Positions 56,029 through 64,000 of a DNA stretch of 64,000 bases are shown in pieces (the first letter of the stretch is position 1; the number at the start of each line of letters is the position of its first letter). The stretch is from positions 10,022 to 74,021 of the IMG/VR virus record IMGVR_UViG_3300010375_000001, one strand, 5' to 3'. The position numbers were made by a program, and so were the translations under genes. The DNA comes from a virus. Below the pieces are notes generated by a model that did no database searches, was not told the DNA's origin, and saw only the letters and a list, made by a program, of their open reading frames with translations.

Positions 56029-56712
56029 ATGGACTTGCAGACGGCGTACAACTACCTCAATTTCGAGGTGAACAAAGTTTTCCTAACCTACTATAGTCCT
56101 GGCGAATTCGACCTGATCGTTGATCGGGCGCAAATGAGCTTGTTCAACGATTACTACGATGAGTTTGGGGCAAGTCAACGGCTGAACGATGCGTTGGCGC
56201 CGTTCAAGAATTCTTTTCAGTTTACCCAGAGCACTAGTCCCGGAGGGCTGATCAGCGTGCCGGATGATTACCAACATCAGTTATCCGTGTATACGATTGT
56301 GCAGAATTCAATTACTGGCTTGCCGCAAAACAGGCCAGTACCGATATTAAATGAGGATGAAAAGGTAGCCAGAGACAATAGCCAAATTTATCCACCCACC
56401 ACGACTGATCCGTACGGGATGATCGTCAAAGACTGGAATGTACAACTGTTCCCGGCCGTTCCCCAGGCCGGGGTCATCTATTATCTGAGCAGGCCACCCG
56501 CCCCGAAGTTTGTTTATACGATCGTCAGCGGCAGAGTCCCGCTATACGATCCTGTTAATAGCGTACAGTTGGCATGGGCAGATAAAGATATTGCGTCCAT
56601 CTTGGTGAAGGCCCTTAGTATGATCGGTATCAACTCGCGCGAACAGGATGTCATTCAGTATGCTGAGACAAAGAGCCAGGAGAATTTGGGTAGGAGTCCT
56701 GATAAATTATAG
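56029..56712 (+). CDS. Tail ring/adaptor protein
   Basis: Size, YLSRPPAP motif and synteny with crAss-like tail ring genes. Confidence 0.55.
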   Translation: MDLQTAYNYLNFEVNKVFLTYYSPGEFDLIVDRAQMSLFNDYYDEFGASQRLNDALAPFKNSFQFTQSTSPGGLISVPDDYQHQLSVYTIVQNSITGLPQNRPVPILNEDEKVARDNSQIYPPTTTDPYGMIVKDWNVQLFPAVPQAGVIYYLSRPPAPKFVYTIVSGRVPLYDPVNSVQLAWADKDIASILVKALSMIGINSREQDVIQYAETKSQENLGRSPDKL

Positions 56713-56714
56713 GT

Positions 56715-57380
56715 ATGGCAACAACTAAAATGAGGCTCGCAGAAGAAATTCTGCTCTTGCTTTCGGGTGGTCGTATAGGTGTTGCTACCAAATACCATAT
56801 CCGGGAGATTGTTTTAAGCGTCTGCCAGGTAGCTAACCAGGTGCTCAAGATGGAGTATTTCGGTAACCTGACGCCGTTGCAGGAGTTCATACCCAATGGG
56901 GCGATGATTGCGACGTACGAAAACAACCTGGTGGTGCCCTGGAGCAATACCAGTAAGACGACTCTGCCGGCGATGGCGATCCGTCTGCCCAGGAATTTGG
57001 GAGTTTACCAGATCTTCAGCCAACAGGATTATTTCAGCGAGTTTATCCCGCTGGAGCTGGGACAGGCCTCGATTATCCGTTCCCAGGGACTGGTGTCCAA
57101 TCTGAGTGGTTTCATCGGATATGAAGTCAGCGGCCTCGATGTCATCTTCACCCAGGATTTGACCCAACCCAATGTGAATACGTACGTAACCATCCGGCTG
57201 GTGATCTTGGATTTCACCCAGTATTCTGATTACGATCCTCTGCCGCTGCCGCCAGAATATGAATGGCAGATCAAGCAGGAGGTCTATAAGCTGTACATGA
57301 ACGAACAGATACCCGATAAGCTGGTCGATCCGGGAGTGAAGGAAGGTAAAACGCCGCTGGCGCAACAGCAACAAGCATGA
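56715..57380 (+). CDS. Tail ring protein
   Basis: Synteny; DPLPLPPEY C-terminal motif. Confidence 0.5.
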   Translation: MATTKMRLAEEILLLLSGGRIGVATKYHIREIVLSVCQVANQVLKMEYFGNLTPLQEFIPNGAMIATYENNLVVPWSNTSKTTLPAMAIRLPRNLGVYQIFSQQDYFSEFIPLELGQASIIRSQGLVSNLSGFIGYEVSGLDVIFTQDLTQPNVNTYVTIRLVILDFTQYSDYDPLPLPPEYEWQIKQEVYKLYMNEQIPDKLVDPGVKEGKTPLAQQQQA

Positions 57381-58141
57381 CCTATACCAGTCTCGATACA
57401 ATCACTCGTTCCGTTCTTCTGCAAAAAGGATTGCCGCTGCATTGGTACGTCCAGTTTCTGAAGTACGCCGGTGATGCGGTGCGAGAGCTGTCCTTTGATT
57501 CCATGCGGGCGATCAGCACGGTGACGTTGCCGATCGATCAACGAGATTTTGCGGCCAACCTTCCCTGCGACTATATTGATTGGATAAAGGTAGGAGTGCC
57601 GCAGGGACAATTCGTGCAGCCACTGTGGCAACGACAAACGATCAATCGATTGACCAACTATACCAGCACAGGCCAACCGACCAGCTATGGCGATGCGCAG
57701 ACGGTAAATATGGATTTCCCCTTCTGGCCCGGTTACTGGATGTTTCAGAATATCGATGATTTAGGCGAAAACGTGGGGCGACTGTATGGGTACAACACGG
57801 CGTTCAGCAATAACTTTTTCAAGGTGATCCCTGAACGAGGACAGATTCAATTCGCCGAGACGCTGGCCAACAATACGTGCGTACTGGAGTACATCAGCAG
57901 CGGTCAAGCGGTCAGCAACGCAACAAAGATTGATTTGCAGGCACAAGAAGTGATCGAGGCGCGCATGGACTGGAAGTACAAGCTACATGCCGGCCGGAAG
58001 TTCAGCCAAGGCGAAATCGAAGCGGCCTTTGGCCATTATAAGATTGAATTGCGAAGATATCGAGCGCGAAAAGATGATATCACTTGTTGGGATATCAGGC
58101 AAGCCATTTACAAATCGTACATGGGTTCCCCAAAAACGTAG
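57377..58141 (+). CDS. Tail ring protein
   Basis: LPCDYIDW...VLEYISSG. Confidence 0.55.
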   Translation: MTYTSLDTITRSVLLQKGLPLHWYVQFLKYAGDAVRELSFDSMRAISTVTLPIDQRDFAANLPCDYIDWIKVGVPQGQFVQPLWQRQTINRLTNYTSTGQPTSYGDAQTVNMDFPFWPGYWMFQNIDDLGENVGRLYGYNTAFSNNFFKVIPERGQIQFAETLANNTCVLEYISSGQAVSNATKIDLQAQEVIEARMDWKYKLHAGRKFSQGEIEAAFGHYKIELRRYRARKDDITCWDIRQAIYKSYMGSPKT

Positions 58142-58144
58142 ATT

Positions 58145-58558
58145 ATGCTCAGCCCCATTGAAGCAATAGAGCGGGCCGGCAACAGCTCATCTGATGCAAA
58201 AATAGACAAGGCCGTTGTATTATATATTCACGTTGAAGGCGTAAACTACAAGTGTATCGAGTGCGCGTTCTGGAAGAATAAAAAATGCGCCCTGTATGGA
58301 CCATCGGTCGCCATTAAAGAATACGGTGGCTGCAATTTATGGCTCGAAAAAAAAGATGAGCGCGAGCTGCCGTGGATCGGTTCACTTACAAAGAAGGAAA
58401 CAGGGTACATGGAAAATGAAGATGGGTTTTCATGTAAGCGATGCGATGAATTTATTCCGTCAGAGAACAACTGCAAAAAGGTGAATAGAATGTCCGAGGG
58501 CGATGATAGCGGCAAAATATCAAAAGATGGATGTTGCAACCGGTGGGAGAAAAAATAA
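58145..58558 (+). CDS. Tandem Cys4 (HiPIP-like) protein
   Basis: Two CxxC-xn-C-xn-GxCxxW units. Confidence 0.5.
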   Translation: MLSPIEAIERAGNSSSDAKIDKAVVLYIHVEGVNYKCIECAFWKNKKCALYGPSVAIKEYGGCNLWLEKKDERELPWIGSLTKKETGYMENEDGFSCKRCDEFIPSENNCKKVNRMSEGDDSGKISKDGCCNRWEKK

Positions 58559-58625
58559 AAAGCCCCGAGTAGAAACCCAGGGCAACAGATGATTATATTA
58601 TGTACATGTTAAATATAGCTATTTT

Positions 58626-61600
58626 TTGCAAATCGAAAAAAAATATTGGATCGACATGCTGGACGCCGATAGCGCTGACTTTCGCGTGCAGCAGAATGCA
58701 TACATCAATATGCAGGATCTTCGATTTGGCCCCACCAGTGACAAAGGCTTTTCCGAACAGCTGGAGGCGGTGGGGGGAACCCTACTCAAGGCGAATGCCA
58801 ATCTGCCGGCAGGACAAAACTATTGCGTTGGCTATGCGACGGATTACCCCAATCGGCGAGTCGTATTGTTTAATTGGAATGCCAATGGTAACCATGGTAT
58901 TTATTGCTACGATTATGTGCAGGACCGAATCGATCCCGTCTTGCTGACAGCCGATGTTCCAGAAGGGTTGAACTTTGATAAGAACCATCTGATCCACTCA
59001 GCGAGGGTGGAAAATGGTTGCGTGTATTGGACCGACAATTTTAATGAACCTAGACGAATCAATATTACTGCTGGCCTGGAAATGTACTATACGAATGCGA
59101 CGCTGCCGGCCTCTTATATCCTTACGCCGAATTTTCTGCCGAAGGATAACAGCGATCTGTTGAACCTGCATCCGGCTGGCATGACTTGTTTTACGTTCTA
59201 TTATCCGACCAACCCGGTGTTGGCTTATACGGTATTTCCGGGGATGAGCTTTTCGATTAAGGCGGTTGGCACCGATGGACACATCGTCGGGCCGGACCCC
59301 ATCATCATGGCGTGGGGAAATGTTCCAACCGAAGGGGTTGCGCAAGTGATCGTCGATGGGTTAGTGTTTTACTTGCTGGGACGAGGCGTTCGCAATACAG
59401 ACTGGGACGCCGAGGTTGGCAACGGTTTCGTTTCCGTATATCTGCGCAATAGTTGGGATTTTGGCACAGGCGATGGCACCTGGGGAACCACGGCGAGTCT
59501 GGATCTTTACTTAGGATATTATTTGCATGCGGATGGTTCGCTGCCGAACCCATACGTTTCGCCGGTATCGGAGAATATCATTTCTTGGATCAGGCGACAA
59601 CCGGCGCTTCCTCCCACTTTTACGAAAATGACGCAGACGGTGCCGGCGCTCAGCAGCAACCTCGTCGCTCAGGATGCGGTACAATTTTGTTATCGGTACA
59701 TCTATCATGATGGCGAGCTATCGACTTTGTCACCGGATAGCTTGCTGGCAAATTTCAACGCCGATCAGGATACGTTTAACCGAATAGATGTCCAGATTCC
59801 GCTGGGCGAGGCTATTGCTCAGGATGTTCTTCAGATCGATCTTGTTGTCCGATATTTTGTCAGCGGTATCTTCTTTGTCATTCATTCCTGGCGGAAGGGA
59901 TCGACAAGCGATGTGATTGCTATCGATGCCCATAATGCGGGAACTACGCCGCTAAGCTATAGCTTCTATAATGATGTTGCGGGCATTGCTTTGGACGCCG
60001 CCTATTCGGTGAAGCCTTTCGATAGCGTTCCGCTGCTGGCGCAGACCATAGAATCGGCCAAACAGCGGGCCTTTATGGGTAATTATACAATCGGCTACGA
60101 CTCGCCCACAATCAGCTCTTTAGCACTAACAACCGCCGCGATCGTCCTAAACACGGGCTCCGCGACGACTGTCAGCGGTGAATGGTATCTCTTGAAATGG
60201 AAAGATCCTTTCTTCGTTCCTGGGAGCAGCTATGTCGTTGTGACGTTCCATAGGGTATTAGGAACGGAATCGTTTGGAGCTCAATACATCTATACCTATT
60301 CGTCGCCCGTGCCGCCATTTCCGAGTTTTATCAATGCATCGACATTAACTTTCCGGGGAAATTCCGCTTTTACAGCTGCCGCCGCTATCCAGGGAGGTGC
60401 CGTTATTCTACCCTCCTTGACGGATCAGGCGGCAGCTGTTTTGATTAATACGGGAACGGTTATCGGAACCGGCACCGTGCTGGCTACGGTATTTAAATCC
60501 TACGCCAGTTATCAACTGGGTGTCCGCTTTATTGATCGTTATGGGAGAGTTTGCGGCGAGGTCACGAGTCCGGCCTACACGGTGAACACGCCGGACGTGT
60601 TTGCGGGCGGCACCGTAAACTATAACTATGTCAACGGAATTGCCTGGACATTGAGTAACAACGCAGCGGCAATGGAAATCCCCGATTGGGCATGGTACTA
60701 TAGCGTGGATATCACGCTTTGTCTTCGCACTCGTTTTTTCGTTCAGGGGGTAGGATTGGTTATTTATGCGGCCCGGGATAGCAGCAATAATTATACGTTT
60801 ACGACGACAGTCTACTCCAGCAGCCTTGCCGGGGTTGCCATCGATATCTCCGGACTACAAAGCTATGCGCAAGGCTATATTTTTAGCCAGGGGGATTCTG
60901 TTCGTTTGTTCATAAACTTCGCCTATTACAACTTGGCGGTCATCGGCCAGTCGGGGCAATATATAATTTGTCAACTGACGGATGTAGGAAGTCTCTCCGC
61001 CATCTCAGGCCATTATGAAATCTTCACGCCCTACCAGCGGCAAAATAACGAACCGTTTTACGAGGAAGCCGAGATCTTTCCTGTCTCCAGCCCAGGACAA
61101 GCGGATAGGCAATATTCAACGCTTTCCGGCAACATCGGCGGCGATGTCTATGTGTTTAGCCGTGGGGGCTACCTCACCGAGGGAATGAACATTACCGACA
61201 AGCACTATACTAATTGGTTTACCAACGCCGGCCGTCCGAACTTCATCGATTACATTGGCCAAGTCACTCACAGATCGACGATTGCCTGGAGCAATACGTT
61301 CATTGCTGGTGCGCAGAATAATGGGCTGTCCACCTTTGATGCGCTCGATACGCAGGATATCTCCCCAGATTTTGGCCCTATACAGAAGCTCCAGTTGGCC
61401 AGCAAGGTAAGCAAGGTGGGGACAGTTATGCTGGCCATCTGCTCGGGACCAACGACAGCGTCCATATACTTGGGAGAGAACACGCTGATTTCGCAGACTG
61501 GAGATAGCGTCATCGCCCAAGCGAACACGGTTATCGGCAGCATCCATGAATTGAAGGGGGGATTTGGCACGCTCAATCCAGAAAGCGTTGTGGAATTCCG

Positions 61601-62429
61601 AGGGAATATCTACTGGTTCGATGTACAGAACGGCATGATCATTCAATATGCTGATAACGGCTTGTTCCCTGTCAGCAATTATAAGCTAAGTCGGTACTGG
61701 AAGCTGTACTCGGATACCTATAAGATGCTAAGTCAAGCGGCGATCGAGGCGTTGGGAAACCGGCCGTTCGTTTTCGGCGGAGTAGATCCTCATCATGGGG
61801 AAATCTTGTTCAGTGTTCCGAAAGTATTGGCGAGTCCGCCCAATGGATTCTTGCCGGACTATCCTTCTATTCCCTACCCCTTTGATATCTGGGATGGACA
61901 GGGCAAGACGCTAGTGTATAAGCTATATACCGATCCCAATCACTGGCAAGGAGCCTACAGCTTCTCGCCCGATTATCTGTTCTCTTTGGAGAACAACTTG
62001 TTTAGCCTGAAGAATGGCCAGCTGTACCTGCATAACCAGACGAACTATAGTAATTATTATGGTACGCAGGTAAATCCTGCCGTCATGGGTGTGGCCAATC
62101 AGCAGCCGACGAAGCCGAAGGTATGGAATAACTTTTCTGCGGAAGCAGATGTATGTCCGTCGTTGGTCTACTTCATGAGTTTGTATCCCAACGCGCAGGC
62201 CAGCGATTTGCTGGCTACGGACCTCACTGCACTGGAAGGCATTTTTTATGCGCCACTGTATCGCAACAAGTTTGATCCGGCCTTCAATAACCCGCCGCTG
62301 GCGCTGACGGCCGGCGAAAAAATGCGGACGACTGCGTTGTATTACATGGCGCAGTGGACGGGCGGTACGCTCGCGCAAGTGAAGTTTCTGAATTTAGGTT
62401 ACGTCCTCAGTGTAGGGCAAAAAGTATAA
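58626..62429 (+). CDS. Tail muzzle/stabilization protein
   Basis: 1267 aa; YWTDNFNEPRRIN, QFCYRYIY.DGE.STLSP, YG/FGTLNPES motifs typical of crAss-like muzzle proteins; TTG start. Confidence 0.75.
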   Translation: MQIEKKYWIDMLDADSADFRVQQNAYINMQDLRFGPTSDKGFSEQLEAVGGTLLKANANLPAGQNYCVGYATDYPNRRVVLFNWNANGNHGIYCYDYVQDRIDPVLLTADVPEGLNFDKNHLIHSARVENGCVYWTDNFNEPRRINITAGLEMYYTNATLPASYILTPNFLPKDNSDLLNLHPAGMTCFTFYYPTNPVLAYTVFPGMSFSIKAVGTDGHIVGPDPIIMAWGNVPTEGVAQVIVDGLVFYLLGRGVRNTDWDAEVGNGFVSVYLRNSWDFGTGDGTWGTTASLDLYLGYYLHADGSLPNPYVSPVSENIISWIRRQPALPPTFTKMTQTVPALSSNLVAQDAVQFCYRYIYHDGELSTLSPDSLLANFNADQDTFNRIDVQIPLGEAIAQDVLQIDLVVRYFVSGIFFVIHSWRKGSTSDVIAIDAHNAGTTPLSYSFYNDVAGIALDAAYSVKPFDSVPLLAQTIESAKQRAFMGNYTIGYDSPTISSLALTTAAIVLNTGSATTVSGEWYLLKWKDPFFVPGSSYVVVTFHRVLGTESFGAQYIYTYSSPVPPFPSFINASTLTFRGNSAFTAAAAIQGGAVILPSLTDQAAAVLINTGTVIGTGTVLATVFKSYASYQLGVRFIDRYGRVCGEVTSPAYTVNTPDVFAGGTVNYNYVNGIAWTLSNNAAAMEIPDWAWYYSVDITLCLRTRFFVQGVGLVIYAARDSSNNYTFTTTVYSSSLAGVAIDISGLQSYAQGYIFSQGDSVRLFINFAYYNLAVIGQSGQYIICQLTDVGSLSAISGHYEIFTPYQRQNNEPFYEEAEIFPVSSPGQADRQYSTLSGNIGGDVYVFSRGGYLTEGMNITDKHYTNWFTNAGRPNFIDYIGQVTHRSTIAWSNTFIAGAQNNGLSTFDALDTQDISPDFGPIQKLQLASKVSKVGTVMLAICSGPTTASIYLGENTLISQTGDSVIAQANTVIGSIHELKGGFGTLNPESVVEFRGNIYWFDVQNGMIIQYADNGLFPVSNYKLSRYWKLYSDTYKMLSQAAIEALGNRPFVFGGVDPHHGEILFSVPKVLASPPNGFLPDYPSIPYPFDIWDGQGKTLVYKLYTDPNHWQGAYSFSPDYLFSLENNLFSLKNGQLYLHNQTNYSNYYGTQVNPAVMGVANQQPTKPKVWNNFSAEADVCPSLVYFMSLYPNAQASDLLATDLTALEGIFYAPLYRNKFDPAFNNPPLALTAGEKMRTTALYYMAQWTGGTLAQVKFLNLGYVLSVGQKV

Positions 62430-62431
62430 AT

Positions 62432-63157
62432 ATGGACCCATTATCTCTTGCGAGCCTTGGCATAGGTGGTCTTGGCGCCATCGGAGGGATTATCAATTCC
62501 TTTACCAGTGGCAACAAACTGAAGAAGCTCTATAGCCAGGAGCCGCAGTACCAGGTGTCGCCGTATGCGAGCCAGCGGCTGAGTATGGCGCAGAACCTAC
62601 TTAATGCCCGGATGCCCGGTGCGACGTCGATGGAAAGAAACATCTATGGCAACCAGGCCAACCAACTGGCCAACGTCAATCGCAATGCGACGGATTCTTC
62701 GCAGGCCTTGGCGCTCGGATCAGCGGCTCAGGGCCAGACGAACCAGGCTTTTCAGAACTTAGGGACACAGGAGCAGCAAGACTACTATAACAGGCTTCAA
62801 AATCTGAGCGGGGCGCAACAGGGAATGATTCAAGAGGGAGACAAGGTTTATCAAGATCAGGTGCGTCGCTTCCAGGATTTGGCCGGCATCACTGGCGCGA
62901 ACATGCAGAACCGGGCCGGCGCGTTTAACAGCATAGCGAACTTGGGTTTCGGCGGAGCCAACGCGCTTAGCTTTTTGAATATGGGGAAGAGCAATCAAAA
63001 TCCCAATACGTCCATGTTTGGCGCGATGAACGGAGGGGCAAACGGTTATGCTGCTGGAGCGACCGGCAACAATCAAGGTTATTTAAACCCCAATCCCACG
63101 TCCGGCGGGGTGCAGAGCCCTTGGGCCAACCCTTCGGCATGGACGCCTAATTTTTAA
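62432..63157 (+). CDS. Ejection (cargo) protein
   Basis: G/A-rich hydrophobic N-terminus, Q/N-rich helical body. Confidence 0.6.
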   Translation: MDPLSLASLGIGGLGAIGGIINSFTSGNKLKKLYSQEPQYQVSPYASQRLSMAQNLLNARMPGATSMERNIYGNQANQLANVNRNATDSSQALALGSAAQGQTNQAFQNLGTQEQQDYYNRLQNLSGAQQGMIQEGDKVYQDQVRRFQDLAGITGANMQNRAGAFNSIANLGFGGANALSFLNMGKSNQNPNTSMFGAMNGGANGYAAGATGNNQGYLNPNPTSGGVQSPWANPSAWTPNF

Positions 63158-63160
63158 AAT

Positions 63161-64000
63161 ATGGCATTATCAGCTGGCGAATTTGTGTTGCCCTCTTTTG
63201 GAGGTGATCCCAGTCAGGGGCTAAGCAATCTGACCAATCGGCTATATATGCGCCAGATGGGCCAGCAGCGCCTGGCGTTGCAGCAAGAGGCGAAGCGGCA
63301 GCAGTCGGGGCAGTTCCTGGAGCGCTTTCTCGACCCAAAGCAGTATTTATCAGGTACAGCCTATGATCCGATGATCGTCTCCAGTATCAATGAAGCTCTC
63401 CAGAAAGGAGCACAAATGGCTGAGCAGGGTGCGGATATCCCAACGATGCTGATGGGGCTTGGACAGTATACTTCCCGGATCAATGATTACAGCAACAAGG
63501 CGAAGCTGATAAATAAGCAAGTAGATGATGCCATCGCTAAGATACGTGAAACATCACCGAAGGGGTTTGACTTTGCAGCGGTAAAGGATCTTGCCTTAAA
63601 GAAGGCTTTTCATAAAATTGATCCTAAGACCGGTCAGGATACGGGCTTACAAGAGGATATATCTAAAGTAGATCCTAATCAGAATTATGCGTTGCAGACG
63701 ATCGCTGATCACCCCGATCTCGTGACTAACGATGATGCTATAGATGATTTCGCCAAACAAAGTGAACGAGTTAAAACTTTGGTGGATAAACAACGGTATA
63801 CCGGAACAGGGACATTGAATAGAGAGAAGTTGGTCATGTCCGGGCAAAATTGGCTGGAGCCTGACTACGATGAGAAGACAGGGAAGATAAAAGAGCTCGT
63901 ACCAAGGTATGAGCACGCAACAGATGGGGGCGCCCCAATATTGCACACGTTTACTGATGCCAAAGGGAATGAGACTGAGGCACCAGTGCGCTTGCTGGAT
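63161..64000 (+). CDS. Ejection protein (3' partial, not in ORF track)
   Basis: Frame opens at ATG 63161 (MALSAGEFVLP); no stop seen in the part read. Confidence 0.6.
   Translation, partial: MALSAGEFVLPSFGGDPSQGLSNLTNRLYMRQMGQQRLALQQEAKRQQSGQFLERFLDPKQYLSGTAYDPMIVSSINEALQKGAQMAEQGADIPTMLMGLGQYTSRINDYSNKAKLINKQVDDAIAKIRETSPKGFDFAAVKDLALKKAFHKIDPKTGQDTGLQEDISKVDPNQNYALQTIADHPDLVTNDDAIDDFAKQSERVKTLVDKQRYTGTGTLNREKLVMSGQNWLEPDYDEKTGKIKELVPRYEHATDGGAPILHTFTDAKGNETEAPVRLLD

Noticed and set aside
1-64000. Terminase, virion RNA polymerase, DNA polymerase, reverse transcriptase/DGR
   Set aside because: No diagnostic motifs were seen; they may lie outside the window.

Overview
The whole window is one bacteriophage genome segment, most consistent with a temperate crAss-like podovirus of a Bacteroidota host. 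This is inferred from the gene set, TTTG-N19-21-TAnnTTTG promoters and SD-less A-rich leaders; no database search was run. Layout: portal/scaffold/capsid, fibre and lysis genes (1-12.6 kb); tyrosine integrase with an apparently intact attP (13.0-14.5 kb); a leftward accessory operon with a macrodomain gene and two anticodon-defective tRNA-like genes; a CI/Cro-like switch (20.1-21.0 kb); recombination and primase-helicase genes; an AT-rich candidate origin (~30 kb); a ~15 kb early region of small genes (34-49 kb); a glycosyltransferase/methyltransferase cluster; GroES-like genes; and tail ring, muzzle and ejection genes. The main candidate novelty is an RNA-level control system. (1) About 15 sequence-diverse, anticodon-less tRNA mimics (about 7-bp acceptor + 5-bp T-arm), four T-arm-only hairpins and one hammerhead ribozyme punctuate the early operon gene by gene. 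(2) Many are followed by a shared leader, CGAACTAAAAAC, just before the ATG. (3) A separate ~68-nt sRNA gene beside the integrase, with a perfect host promoter and terminator, carries the exact antisense of that leader. All structures were folded by eye and all functions are inference.
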